Positions 1 through 17,882 of a stretch of 64,000 nucleotides of DNA are shown piece after piece. This DNA comes from the human T2T-CHM13v2.0 reference genome, Homo sapiens. The notes below the pieces were generated by a model. The model made no database searches, was not told the DNA's origin, and was given only the letters and a program-made list of their open reading frames with translations. The stretch lies in the NCBI RefSeq assembly GCF_009914755.1, contig NC_060934.1. One strand, written 5' to 3'. Each line of letters opens with the position of its first letter. The stretch's first letter is position 1. Position numbers and translations under genes: made by a program.

Positions 1-151
1 TAATCACAAGCACTTGAGTAATGTGTTATGCTATGGATGTTAGGACAGCAGAAGGTGATAGGAATTTCTCAGCTCCAGTACAATCTTAAATGGGACCACC
101 ATCATATACGTGGTCTGTTGACCTAAATGTTGCTATATGGCTAATGACTGT
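1..151 (+). mobile_element. Tigger3/MER47-like DNA transposon 3' end
   Basis: gataggaatttctcagctcca...gggaccaccatcatatacgtggtc...atgactgTA resembles the Golem/Tigger3 terminus. Confidence 0.6.
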
Positions 152-264
152 ACATCGCTTGTCTAGTTAGGGAGTTGATTTCAAAGCTTCCAGACAGATT
201 AGGATTTCTGAAGGAAGATACCATCATATGCACTGGAGTCAATTTATTCTTTTTTTTTAAGTAA

Positions 265-388
265 TTCTTTTTCTTTTTAGAGACAGAGTCTTGCTAAGTT
301 GCCCAGGCTGGCCTCAAACTCCTGGGCTCAAGCGATTCTCCTGCCTCAGCCTCCCAAGTCGCTGGGACTACTGGTGTGCACCACTGCA
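265..388 (-). mobile_element. FLAM/Alu monomer fragment
   Basis: T tract then gagacagagtcttgc...gggactac. Confidence 0.75.
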
Positions 389-778
389 TCTGGTTCTGGA
401 GTTGGTGTATTCCTAAATACCTAGATGGCTTCTGCTCAAACTTCCATCTCGAAGCTTTAGTCATGTCAGATGTTCCAACATCTATATCTAAAATAAGCAT
501 TCTTATTCACAATCACAAGTAAAAACACAGATGAGAGGAAGACCCTAAAATTAACTAGAGACTCAGCTGAGGAAGAGAGGCAGCCACCAGGCTAACCATG
601 TGGATTTAAATCCCAGCTCTGTCTCTCCATGACCTTGACTTGAACAGTTATGTATTATAGCTGCTCTGCACCTGGGATTCCCTATCTGTAAAAGGGGTGT
701 AACAGTCCTAACTTAAAGGATTGCTGTAAAAAGTAGCAATAAAGTATCTAGTGTGATTAGCACATCGTCGGGAGCATG

Positions 779-888
779 GTGGGTGGATCACTTGAGGTCA
801 GGAGTTCAAGATCAGCCTGGACAACATGGTGAAATGCCGTCTCTACTAAAAATACAAAAATTAGTGGTGCACACCTGTAATCCCAGCT
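779..888 (+). mobile_element. Alu internal fragment abutting a MIR (~590-775)
   Basis: ggatcacttgaggtcaggagttcaag...tgtaatcccagct. Confidence 0.8.
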
Positions 889-1389
889 TTCTGGAAATGT
901 TGTTATCGGTAAGTGAGCCAACGGGGTAGATGAAGGTTCTTTGTTGCTTCTTCATTATTTTTCTGGGCCCCTTCTCACAATTCAAAATCCTTCCCCTTCT
1001 TTGATCACTCAGCCCTTGTTTACATTCTTCCCCTCCCCATCCCAAAAGAATAACCAGGCTCTTCACTGAAGTACCCACATTCTGGTAGAAGATATTGACA
1101 TGTGGCAGGATACAGGCAAAAGTCCAGAATGAACAGAGCCCCTCCCCACTGGTCCCTCATCAGTTTTACTTGGGAGAAAATCCATTATTAAGTAATTGTG
1201 TCAAGAGCAAAATGTACACAAATATTAAGATCAAGGTATGAGAACTCAATAGTCTAAGTTTGTGCATGTTTGCTATTATGAATACTTTGGAGGTAAAAGA
1301 AAACCTTAGAAGCCCCACATTAAGCTATAATAATAACAGCTACTATGGACTGAGCACTTCCCTGAACAAGACACACTACTAAGTATGGA

Positions 1390-1612
1390 CAAGTTGAGCA
1401 TCCCTAATCCAAAATGCTCCAAAATCCAAAACTGTTTGAACGCTGACATGATACTCAAAGGAAATGCTCATGGGAGCATTTCGGATTTTGGATTCTCAGA
1501 CTGGGGATCCTCAACCAGGTGAGTATGATACAAATATTCCAAAATCCGAAGAAATCTGAAATCTGAAACACTTTCATGTCCCAAGCATTTCAGATAAGGG
1601 ATATTCAGCCTG
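1390..1612. mobile_element. Tigger4a/MER46-type MITE inserted in a MIR (~1330-1770)
   Basis: TIRs caagttgagcatccct / agggatattcagcctg; internal palindrome ccaaaatgctcc...ggagcatttcgg. Confidence 0.75.
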
Positions 1613-2544
1613 TATATGTATATTATCTTGTTTATTCCTAACCACAGCCCACTTACAGATGAGGAGGGAGTGTTCTAGAGAGGTTAAGTAACTTGTGTGA
1701 GATTGCCCTGCTAGGAACAGATTTTAAATCCAGCTGTCTCACTCCAAAGTCTATGCTCTTAAACACTACTCTATCCTGTCTCCTCTGATGATGTTCTTGG
1801 AATGTGTATTATCATCTGAAATACGACCTCCTGAATGCTGCTTCAGCTTAGGGAATTACTCTCCAAAGGTACAGTTATGACAGTGGGAACAATTTGGAGG
1901 CAATTCTGGCCTCACTGGTGCCTTCAGCTCACTCTTTTTACATTGGAGCCAGGTCTATGTGGTTTGCATTCATTTCCTCTTTCAGCAAATATGTATTCAG
2001 TTCCTGCTCTGCACCAGGCACTGTGCCAGGCATGAAGCATCCAGGGAGTTGTTAGACCAGGAGTGAGAAAGAGAAGCCATAAACATCATTATCACCATAT
2101 TTCCCATCTTCAGAGTAACCATATGAGTGAGTTCCTATCATTACACACATTTTGTAGATAAGGAAACTGAGGACCAAAGAAGGAGGTGTTATGTCAAGGC
2201 TAATATCAGCAGGAATTGAACCTAGACACTATGACACTAAAACCCAAGTAATAGCCATTCCTTCATCTCTCCAAATTAAATAATTAGCCACTGATCATTT
2301 CTGGCCACAGCACCTTCTTTTCATGCAGTTTTTCAAAATCTTTCTGATGCACAATCAGCTAAGTGTGTGTGTGATTTTGTGGTCATTCTGTGATAAGCAT
2401 GCAGTTCTTGTTGCATTTGCCTATAGAGATTTTTAAAACTTTGCTTTAATTGCCTACAATGCTATTATTAACAGAACAAAAACTGCCAGTAGGGTTTCTG
2501 TACTAGGTTCCAAGGGAGTAGTAGGACTTCAAAATAAATATTAA

Positions 2545-2793
<249 letters not shown>

Positions 2794-2909
2794 TGATTTA
2801 GATATTTTACTGTCTAAGCACTTCCCTTGAATTTTTTAATTCTTTTTCCTGAACATTAATATTGTCTGAGTATAGTATAAATTTTTGTAATTGCTAACTT
2901 ACACTTTTA

Positions 2910-3245
<336 letters not shown>

Positions 3246-3996
3246 AACATTTCACTGAAGATGTTTGAACAGTGTTTGCCTCACGAGTAAAAATTAGAGG
3301 CACCTTGGAACATTCTTGGAACATTCTAGTGGTTTCTTGGAGCTGTTCTCTTCACCATTATAACTCCAGAAGATATGGCTATTTTATTTCTAGTTACTTT
3401 TTATTATGAAAGTAATAAATTCTTGTAGTTAAAAACTCAAACAATACAGAGTATTATTAAAATTCCTTTCCACTCAATGTCCTGGTGCTATTCTCCAGAA
3501 GTAACCACTATTAAATTTATTGTGTTTTGTTCAAGAAAAATAAGATCCTTTTTAAGATAATCCAAATGGGATACAGGCATACTTCGGAGATATTGCAGGT
3601 TCGGTTCCAGACCACTACAATAAAGTGAATATCACGATAAAATGAGTCACATTAATTTTTTCGTTTCCCAGTACATATAAAAGTTATGTCTACACTATAC
3701 CATAGTCTATTAAGTGTGCAATAGCATTATGTCAAAAAAATGTACATACCTTCAATAGAAAATACTTTATTGATACAAAATGCTAACAATCATCTGAGCC
3801 TGTAGCAAGTTGTAATATTTTTGCTGGTGGAGGGTGTTGCCTCAACGTTGATGGCTGCTGATTCATCAGGGGGGTGGTTGCTGAAGGCTAGGGTGTCTGG
3901 CAGTTTCTTACAAGAAGGCAACAGTGAAGTCTGCCACATCAACCAACTCTTCCTTGTACAAAAGATTTCTCTGTATCATGCAATGCTGTTTGATAG

Positions 3997-4322
<326 letters not shown>

Positions 4323-5058
4323 ATGGTAGAACTTTCAAAATTGGGGTCAGACCTCTCAAACCCCACTGCTGCTTTATCAACTAAATGTATGAAATATTCT
4401 AAATCCTTTGTTGTCATTTCAACAATGTTCACAGGATCTTCGCCAAGAGTAGATTCCATCTCAAGAAACCACTTTCTTTGCTCATCCATTAAGAAGCAAC
4501 TCCTCATCCATTCAAGTTTTATCACGAAATTGCAGGAATTCAGTCACATCTGCAGGCTATACTTCTAGTTCTCTTGCTGTTTCCACCATATCTGCAGTTA
4601 CTCCCTCCACTGAGGTTTTAAACCCCTCCAAGTCATCCATGAAGTTTGGAATTAACTTCTCCCAAACTTCTGTTAATGTTGCTCTTTTGACCTCCTCCCA
4701 TGAATCATGAATGCTCTTAAGGGCGTCTAGAATGGTGAATTCTTTCTAGGAGGTTTTCATTTTATTTTCACCAGATCCATCAGAGGAATCACAACCTATG
4801 GAAGCTTTAGCCTTATGAAATTTATTTCTTAAATAAGACTTAAAAGTTCAAATTACTCCTTGTTCATGGGCTGCAGACTGGATACTGTGTTAGCAGACAT
4901 GAAAAATCATGCTGTAAACAGATGTGCTGTCATCTAGGTTTTGTTGTTCCATCTATAGAATACAGGCAGAGTAGATTTAGCATGATTCTTAAGGGCCCTA
5001 AGGATTTTCAGAATGGTCCATGAGCATTGGCTTCAACTTCAAGTCGCCAGCTGCATTA

Positions 5059-5532
<474 letters not shown>

Positions 5533-5885
5533 CTAGAACTTACGAATAACTTACTGTAGCTTCTCCATCAGTACTTGCTGATATTATGTTATGGAGATGA
5601 CTTCTTTCCTTAAACCTCATGAACCAACCTCTGCTAGCCTCCAACTTTTCTTCTGCAGCTTCCTCACTTCTCTCAACCTTCATAAAACAGAAGAGAGTTC
5701 AGGGCCTTACTCTCAATTAGGCTTTGGCTTAAAATATGTTGTGGCTGGTTTAATCTTCTATCCAGACCACTAACACTTTCCCCATATCAGTAATAAGGCT
5801 GTTTGGCTTCCTTATCATTTGTGTGTTCACTGGAGTAGCACTTTTAATTTCCTTCAAGAACTTTTCCTTTGCATTCATAACTTAG

Positions 5886-6281
<396 letters not shown>

Positions 6282-6691
6282 TGATTTCAAGTGAGAAACG
6301 TGTGACTCTCCCTTTCACTTGAACATTTAGAGGCCAATGTAGGGTTATTAATTGGCCTCATGTCAGTATCGTTGTGTCTCAGGGAATCGTGAGGCACAAG
6401 GAGAGGGAGGGAGATGGGTGAAGGGCTGGTGGGTAGAGCAGTCAGAGCACGCACATTTGTCAATTAAGTTTACCATCTTATGGGTATGGTCCATGGCACC
6501 CCAAAACAATTACAATAAAACATCGAAGATCACTCGTCACAGATCACCATAACAGATATAATAATAATGTTTAAAAGCTTGAAATGTTGCAAGAATTACT
6601 AAAATGTGACACAGAGACACAAAGTGAATACATGCTGTTGGAAAAATTGTACCAATAAACTTGCTGGAGGCAGGCCTGCCCCAAACTTTAA

Positions 6692-6723
<32 letters not shown>

Positions 6724-7077
6724 GTGCAGTATCTGCAAAGTGCAATAAAACAAAGCACAATAAAACAAGGTATGCCTGTATAACCAAACATACATGTATA
6801 ACTTTATATTTGCTATAACTTTTCACATAATTTTCTGTACATATAGCTTCCTTATTCTCTTTAATGCTTGTGTGGTGGTCCACTGCATGGATATACTGTC
6901 ATTTATGGAATCACTTCTTCACTGATACATTTGGGTTGCTTCTTGGTTTGGTTTGATTTTGTTGTTTCCTATGAAAAACAATGCTGGAGTGAATATCCTT
7001 GTACATATATTGTTTATTTGTGCAAATATACCACAACCCAAATGAAGTACTGAGGCAAAGGACTTCTAGGCTTTTAA

Positions 7078-7293
<216 letters not shown>

Positions 7294-7446
7294 TAAAACT
7301 AAGTAGCCACCATGTTGTTTTAAAGTGGCGAACTAACTCACAAGTAAAATCCAAGAGGTATTCTGATGTGGTTTATATGCTATGACTGTTTACTGGGATG
7401 TTGTTCAGGTTTATCTTTCTAAAATATTTAAAGTTTTCTACACTAA

Positions 7447-7824
<378 letters not shown>

Positions 7825-9874
7825 TGACAGCATTTTTTCAAAGGGGCAAGATTCCAGACTGGGGCACACCATATGTGAGAGTAAAAATATGATGATGGAA
7901 AACAGAAGTGAATTTGATACTGAATTGTGCCTCCGATGTTTCAGATTAAGGTGATAGAAAAGAATCTTGAAGGGGCCTGTAAGGTCTCCTGGTCCTGCCC
8001 CTTTTTTAATGCAGTTTTTCAAATACCAAGCTGCTCTTGACAAAGCCATGCCCGGTTTATGTTTAAAGCTCTTTTTGGAGCAGGGATTTCCTAACACTGC
8101 CCAGTTAACCTGTCTCACTACGCAGTTGTTCTTGCAGTCAAAAGGTAGTGTCACTCCAACCACTTTGCAAGTTAAAACCATGTTAGCGTCTTATCCTTTT
8201 GGAATTGAGATGGAGAATAATGGTCAGTGCCCGAAGAGTAGCTAGCAAAAGGAAAACAACTATGTGAAGTACATGAACAGAGTAAGTAGTGATCATGTTT
8301 CTCCAATGTCAATGAGACTCTGATATGACGCCTAAAACTCCAGAGTAGAAGCTGCCGTTTATTGCACGCTTACTGTGCATTAGGCAGTACGCTGAATTTT
8401 TGACCCCCTATTATCTTATTTAATATTCACAACAGCCCTAAAGTTGTGTACCTTTATGATCGCCATTTCTCAGATGAGCAAATCAAGGCACAAATTGGTT
8501 AATTTGTTCAAGGTTGCAGGATGACTTGTAGTAATAAATTCAAGGAGTCTGGAAGTTTAAAGGATAAAGCATTATGTTTCCACTTGGTTATGGGGGAGGA
8601 GAGGAGCTACAGAAGGTAAGAGTAGATAAATGTTTCCTAAAAGCTCTTTCATAAACCACAGTTTTTCCTTTGAACAGTCAAGCGGCAGGCAGCTGTTATC
8701 ATTCATCTCGCGTGAACTGAATCCAATCTCATCTAACCATGCTGAACCACAAACCACAGTATGGCCTTGTCTCCAGCTGAGGTCAAACCACAGCTTTAGC
8801 TCTGGGACCAGCTAGCTACCTGGCACTGGTGCCAACAACACCCATTGGTGGATGCCCCAAAGACATATGATTAGAGATATTGGTCACATTTCTGCCCTTG
8901 TTATATGTGCTTCTTTCAGTTAAAATTAAATAAGATGATGCCGGTGAAGTACCATATTTAGCATAGTGCCTGGCACATAGAAAGCATTCTACAAAGGTTA
9001 ACTATCATTGATTGTGTTTGATAAGTTATGAAAACAGTATGATTTGGGCTCACAAATGGAAATAATTGTGAAATACTTTCAAAGTTGTAAAAACTTTATT
9101 TTCTATTTCTGTTCATTCTTTCCTGAGTGGCTGGTGGGTTCACATCTCCAGCCCTGTCTGTAGTCCTGTGTCCACCTGGTGCCATTGGTTATTATCCCGG
9201 CATATTTTAAGTAAACTGAAGTCACTATCAAAAGATTTTCTCAAGGAAATGGAAGTGCATTTGGTTTTGGATGTGCCCTTTCTCTGGAAGTGCCAGGACT
9301 GGTATAGACACACTGGCTCCACTGAATAGCAAAAGGGAGCAACAGGTGAAGGGGACACAGGGAGCTGCCACTCCATGGGCCATCCTGCAGTCCAGAAGTA
9401 CAAACTAAAGCTGCCTGTCCTCCACTGACCCTTAAAGGCTTTGCCTCTCTTCCAAATCAAGTTGGGATTGAGAGTACGTCTTTAAGCCGTCCCACTCAAA
9501 TGGCTGTGCTGTGTGGTTCATCCTCAAGTTTCTCTGCATAATCTTCCAAACCGGGAAAAGGTGCTATCATATAACCTCTCTCCATTCAATGTGCTGATTA
9601 AACATCTCCCCATGTTGGACAAAATACAAGCAACATGCAGTATCAGTGTGTTCATCTGTAAAAATGGTCTTCATTTCTGCAAACTGGGGGTACAGCCTGA
9701 TTTAATATTAATACTTTGCACACAGTAGATGCTCAGTAAATGCTTGTTACTCTGAGTTGAGGCAGATTATCTCTGTCAGCCCCACTGCAATATGAACATG
9801 TGGTTCTTGATTTTTGGTCAAGATCTTTTCCAAGTGTTTACTTCTCTGAATTGCAAATTCAAACAGATAGATAA

Positions 9875-10461
9875 GGCCAGGTGCAGTGGCTCATACCTGT
9901 AATCCCAGCACTTTGGGAGGCCGAGGTGGGTGGATCACTTCCGGCCAGCAGTTCGAGACCAGCCTGTCCAGCATGGTGAAACCCCATCTCTACTAAAAAT
10001 ATTAAAACAAAATAGTGGGGCTTGGCGGTGTATGCCTGTAGTCCCAGCTACTCGGAAGGCTGAGCGGGAAGCAGAGGTTGCAGTGTATCAAGATTGTGCC
10101 ACTGCATTTCAGCCTGGGTGACAGAGCGAGACACTGTCTCAAAAAATACATAGCTAGGGGCCGGGCACGATGGCTTATGCCTGTATTCCCAGCACTTTGG
10201 GAGGCCAAGGTAGATGGATCACCTGAGGTCAGGAGTTCAAGACCAGCCTGGCCAACATGGTAAAACCCCATCTGTACTGAAATACAAAAACTAGCCGGGC
10301 GTGGTAGTGCATGCCTGTAGTCCCAGCTACTCAGGAGGCTAAGGCAAAAGAATCTCTTGAACCCAGGAGGCAAAGGTTGCAGTGAGCCGAGATCGCGCCA
10401 CTGCACTTCAGCCTGGGCGACAAAGTGAGATACTATCTCAAAAAAAAAAAGAAAAAGAAAA
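9875..10461 (+). mobile_element. Two tandem AluS copies (9875-10147; 10159-10461) followed by short (TA)n/(GATA)n
   Basis: two Alu dimers with A tails. Confidence 0.88.
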
Positions 10462-11364
10462 TTATATATATAGATAGATAGATCGAATAGATCGATAAGA
10501 GTCAACAGTGGAAGCACCATTTTTCAATTGTTGAAAAGAATTTCCAGGCTGGAAAGTGCTTGATTTTCCATGAAGCATCCCAACTAAATAGCAGAGAAAC
10601 CCTCCCAGGGCCAGCCTCCCAAGAGGTTTCATGGATCATCTGCTCTGTGACTTCCTGGATTTCAGGGGATTCTAACGCTCCAAGTGGGTGTCCATGGACT
10701 TATGGCCATCCCTTCCCAAGCTTTCTGCTGGTTCCATCAACTCCAAGAAGGTCTGAAGTGATCTGGAACCAGGAGTTTCCCAGATCAACACTCAATAAAA
10801 CCAACTCTTGAGTTTAGAAACTGACGTGAGGCTGGTATGCAAACCCCTGGTTATTGCTGGCAACAGACCCTCTAAGTTCTTTGCATCTGAGGCAGAACAA
10901 TACCGCCTCACACCCAGACTTACAATGTGTAAACATGCAACCCTAGTCAAAAGAAAAACTTCTTTTTTTAAAGAATTTATTAAGCTTTTTTGAATGACAG
11001 ACTTCCAATCCTCAAATATAAGGATAAACATTATGTGAATGGTGTCTACATAATGCAGAGTATTTTAATGGGTAGAAGACCATCAAGGCAATGGTATGTT
11101 TATCTATCATTATGTGCATTGTTTCAGAGGTGTAGCAGGGTTACACTGATTTGTGCACACTTTTTCACTTGATTGGAATGATGATTTTTAAACTATAGCC
11201 CCAGATGAAGTTCTGGGACCATGTCCAGGGGACAGCAAGAGGGCTAGATTTGAGGTCCGACCTTTATTTCAAACCGTGCGGCTCTACGTGGATCTCTTTT
11301 ACATGTTTGGTCACCAAGTTAGATTTCAGTTAAGAAACTGAGCATTAGGGGAAAGAGCTGATGC

Positions 11365-11495
11365 ACGCTGGGTTTAATACCTAGGGGTTGGGTTGATAGG
11401 TGCAGCAAACCACCATGGCACATGTTTACCTATGTAACAAACCTGCACATCCTGCATATGTACCCCGGAACTTAAAACAGTAAAATAAAATAATT
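11365..11495 (+). mobile_element. L1PA 3' end fragment
   Basis: ggtgcagcaaaccaccatggcacatgtttacctatgtaacaaacctgcac...aacttaaaa. Confidence 0.85.
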
Positions 11496-12833
11496 TTTTA
11501 AAAGCTTCAAAGTTTTAATAATAGCTTTAGAGTTTTGGCTTTACAGCTTTAAAGTTTTGGAAAACTATTAGGGTAGACACGGTGCTACTGAAATCACTTG
11601 AGGTTGATGTCATGATCACAAAAAAAAAATAGTTACCATTTATTGAGCACCTTGCATGTGCCAAATCTCATTTACTGTATCCACACCCCTATAAGATGTA
11701 CATTATATGGCTCAGTAGTTAAGATTGGGAACAATGGGTGAGGCCATCTGGGCTCGATTTATAGCATCCACCACTTACTCGTTATGTTTCTTGGGTGTTT
11801 TCACTTTTTCTGCTTCAGTTTCCTCATCCATAAAAATGGAGATACTAAAAGGATCTGCTTCATAGATTATTGGGAGGTACTTGATGCACATAAAGTGCTT
11901 AGAATGGTGTCTGGTCCTTAGTAAGAGTGCAGAGTGCGAGCTGCCATTGCTGTTGTTAGTACTGTATGTCCATTTCACCTTTACCAACCCCATATGAGCT
12001 AGCTGGCTTCACCCTCTTTGCTACCCTCACCATGTCTGTGTTCCTCTGTCATGAAGTGGCCTGAGAAGAGAATTTTCTCCCAATGCAGGTGAGGCAGCAT
12101 GGCCACAATGAACCAGTCACATCAGGACTGGCAGGGGCCTGAGAGATGAGGTCCTCTGCAATCATTTTACAGATAAGGAGCTTTCATATGTCTAAGACAT
12201 CTTACACTAGGAATTCCTGCACAAAATACTGGCCAACCCCACAGACAGGGAAACATTTTACAGACAGGACAAGTAGAGGCCAACTTCTCATTGCCCCAGG
12301 GCGTTTACTGCACTTTGCCTTGATGTGGCCCATGTACAGAGTTCGTTCTTACACATGGAAGGAATCTATCAGAGGGAGTATTCATCAGGTGTGTCTCATC
12401 AACTTTTTGCTCATTTGGGTAACTTTTATACAGACTTGCACCATCAGGTGAGCATTTGAGTGTGTAAGAGCCCAGAAACAGTGCAAGAATCCAATTGTTC
12501 ATCAAAGTACTGTGCCAAATAAAATTTGGCAACAAAAAAGCCTCTGTGAAGGTTCCTGATGTTTATGATTGAGGGGATTGTGGACATGATGTGAATCAGA
12601 TGTGATTATTTTTTTTCTTGTTTACGATTTTTTAAAAAGAAATAGGTGTATTGTAATTTATGGGATGAAATTGAGATTTCAAGGAAAAGCATGTTTTTCT
12701 GGCTATTCTCCTATTCTTTCTTGTATAATTAAGATTTTATCTTACATTTGAAATAGCAAGAATTGTCCATACAATTGTCTGCATGGCTTAGAGATAAGCC
12801 ATTATTCCTTTCTAAAATTTAGTATAAAATAAG

Positions 12834-13238
12834 TAGAGTTGCCCCTCCATATCCTTGGGTTCCACATCTGTGGATTCAACCAGCTATGGATTGAAAATAT
12901 TCATTAAAAAAAATGGATGGTCGCATCTGCACTGAACATATAACAGCCTTGTCTCCTTGTTATTTTTCCCTAAACAATACAGTATGGCAACCATTTACAT
13001 AGCATTTACATTGGATTAGGTATCATAAGTAATCTAGAGATGATTTTAAGTATACAGAAGGGGGAGAATATATTCAGGGCAACTTGAATCTAGGCTCCCA
13101 GGGGAAAAAAAAAGAAAAAGTATGCAGAAGGATGGTATAGGTTATAATGCAAATTCTACACCATCTATATCACAGACCTGAGCATCTGTGGACTTTGGTA
13201 CCTTCTCGTCCTGGAACCAATCCCCCATGGTCAACTGT
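12834..13238. mobile_element. MER2 (Tigger family) with an internal insertion
   Basis: ccctccatatccttgggttccacatctgtggattcaacc...cctggaaccaatccccc...actgTA. Confidence 0.8.
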
Positions 13239-13540
13239 ATTTCACAAGATTTTTCAGACAGATGTAGCAAATATTTGCAAAGGAGTTTTTAAGTGATTTC
13301 ACCTAGTTTGGAGTGGTAACACTGGGCATATCCATAGACTGTAAGCCCCAGAGGGACAGGAATTTTTCTCTTATTACCTGCTGTATCTGATGCCTCACAC
13401 AACTTGGCATATAGTAGTCATTTATCAATCTGTGGGACGAATGGGTGATTATCTCTTTTTCATGCTGGAGCTTAGGGAAAATTGATGCAAAGTTCTTTTG
13501 AACTTTCAATTTATAAGGTGATACTTAAGCGACAAAGTAA

Positions 13541-13768
<228 letters not shown>

Positions 13769-14242
13769 TAAGGTCGGGTTTAAGCCTTCCTGAAAACGAA
13801 CTGGTTTTGAATTCAAGGCATTGGAAAGCTGTCATGTCACAATTTGGGTCATACAGATTTAGTTCCCAGAATAATGTATTTATTTTCCAGGAAGCAGTAG
13901 CTATGGCTAGACAAGCTGTTGCCAGACACTGTGTTTGCCAGAGCCCAGGAGCAGGGCATATGAGGTCCCTGTTTCACCTGATGTTCTGATGATGGTAACT
14001 CTGTCTTCCAGGGCCCACAGAATCATAACTATGAGTATAGCCCATGGAAGTTGAGCTTTTTGTTAGATCAGCTCATGTTAGGCTTCAAAGCTCTAAGATC
14101 AAACTCATGTCAATATATAAATACAATTAAGTATATTTCCTCCGTATAATTTAACCTTTATCATTCCTGGGCCTTTCCTTATTCCTTTTCACCTAATTAA
14201 CTTATTGTCAAAACTCCACAGACTCCTCTTAAAAACAGACCT

Positions 14243-14559
<317 letters not shown>

Positions 14560-15002
14560 TCATCTCTTTCCACCTTTAGATCTTGTCTCTCTCTCTCCAC
14601 AGGAAGAATGCCAGGCAGCCCTCCAAGTACGACACCCCCAAACCCCTGGGATAACCCCATTCACAGACTTTCCTACCACCCAAACTGCTTTTTCTCTTTC
14701 CCTAAGACAGCAGGGCAGTAGCCCCTTTCCTATTTGTTATTTTTTAGATAGAGGCGAGGGTAGTTTTATCTGTTTACAGAAAGCTGTGAATTAGTTCCTA
14801 ACACGTCTGTGACTTGCTCCAAAATGAAACTATTCAAGAAAAAGATTTTGAAGTTATAAAATCCTGTGGCATTTTGAACAGAATATTAGTAACAAATTTA
14901 TGATTATATTGCATAAAGTCTTCTCTTGTGAGAAATTTAACTTCATCTTGTTTGGTTTTTGAAGATATTTGAACATTTTGATAGTTGAAAGCTTACAGTT
15001 AA

Positions 15003-15365
<363 letters not shown>

Positions 15366-15522
15366 CTACAATCACTTACTTTTTAAACAGTTTTATTCAT
15401 CATTCACTTTGTCCATTCCAGTGTTCTTGGGATTCCTTTGCAGAGGGAAGCAGTGAGGTGCAGAGGTTGTCTTTCTTTTTTATCCTCGGTGACTTTGATC
15501 CCTTTTGTCTCCCTCACCCTAG

Positions 15523-15807
<285 letters not shown>

Positions 15808-16589
15808 TAATAATTGTTGTAGCTAGGTGATGGATGCCAGAATTTCCTTATACTCTTCTCTCTTTTCTGTTTGACATTTTCCTATAAAGAAGTTGAATTA
15901 AGAAGCAAAAGGAAATACAAATTGGAGCACTTTTGAAGCACATCTCAAAAGAAGTTTTTCTTTTACATTTTTTAAGAATCTGAGGTATTAACAATATCCC
16001 TTGTAAAGTACAGCCTCACCCATGCTTGCTGATGTCAGGAGCAGTGGTTGTTGCTACCCACGGCACTGCTGGCAGTTTGAAAGCAGGGATTGAAATAAGG
16101 AGAGGAAACATGTCAGAGGGGTCGGGTGTGGTGGTGGCATAAGTGACCGTGCAGTTGGAGTCGGTGCCTGGCAGAAGTCCAGTTTTGGAAGCTGGGGCTG
16201 GGTTTCAGGTGCAGGAAGAGGGGAATGGAGAATTCTGGGCAAAGGCTAGAGCTATTTGCTTGTAGATTGGCTTTGTTGTGGCACTCTGATGAATTTCAGC
16301 CTGTGCATTGTTTTTAAACTTTGATGTGCACAGGAATCTGCTAGGACTGGTAATACCATGCAGATCGTGATTCAGTGGCCTCAGGTGAAGACTGACAGTT
16401 TCCCTTTCTAACATATTTCCAGGTGTGCTGGCTCTGATGGTCTCCTTTGAGCACCAATATTCTAAGTACACACTTCCTCTCCCAGCTACACTCAAGCTGC
16501 CATCCTTGGAGCTCACAAACACATTACAGTTTCCTACTTTTGTGATCTTTTCCTGTTTCTCTTCTGTGTGCAAGTAGCCCGTGGTCATT

Positions 16590-16960
16590 TAATTAGTCTG
16601 CTCAGGCTGCCATCATGGAATACCACAGACTAGGTGGCTGAACCACAGAAATGTATTTCCTCGCAGTTCTGAAGGCTGGAAGTCTGAGATCAGGGTGTTG
16701 GCAGGTTTGGTTTCTTCTAGGGCCTCTCTCCTTGGCTTGCAGATGGTCCCCACACAGTCAGCCCTCTATGTTGTCTGTGTCCTAATCCCCTCTTCTCATA
16801 AGGACACCAGTCCCACTGGATTAAGGCCCACCCTAAGGACCCCATTTTAACTTAGTTACCTCTTTAAAGACCCTCTCTTCAAATATAGTCACATTCTGAG
16901 GTACTGAGGGTTAGGACTTCTACACAAGAATGGGGAGTATAGGGTCGGGGGAGACCCATA
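16590..16960 (-). mobile_element. MLT1A-like MaLR LTR (MER5-like fragment just upstream, ~16290-16480)
   Basis: ttagtctgctcaggctgcc...ccacagactaggtggct...cacattctgaggtactgagggttagg. Confidence 0.8.
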
Positions 16961-17636
16961 ACTGTTATTATAGAAATGTGAGAAAGTACATAGAAACAAA
17001 AACAATTTTTTTTTAATTATCCATTTTTCCATCTCTCCAACACAGTCACTCTTGGTGTATAAGTCTTGCAGGCTTTGTTTCTCTCCCCATGTACGTAACA
17101 CATGAGCATACAGATATATTTTTAACAAACAGGCTTTCTACTAATCTTTGTGTTTTGTAACTTACTGGTTTTCACTTACTAATGTATACAGTGAGCAACC
17201 TTTCATGTTAATAACTATACATGTACATTACCATTTTTACCAGCTGTGTATTATTCCATTCTATACTTACACTTACAGTCATACCATAAATTATAACCAA
17301 TCTTCCATTGTGGGAATGTTCTATTATCACTAAAGCTGCTCTAAGATGGAACATTTGTAAAACAGGGACTGTTAGTCTGTTAGTGCTTCATTCACAGGGA
17401 CTGTTAGTGATCAGGTTTTCCTACTAGATCAGGTTTTGTCTGAGTTTAAGGTTTTCTGTTTGAGTCTAAGTTGGAAACAGTACTTGGACAAATTAATTGC
17501 CATTGGGTAACTCAGGGGGCAGCACTCTCTTGGCGAAAAGACGCCTGTTGGTTGCATGCCTGTTGCCATCCCTGCCCATTTTAAGGTCTTTCTACCTGTC
17601 ATTTGCCGACTTCCAGGAGCATCTTCTTTTCAGTAG

Positions 17637-17882
<246 letters not shown>

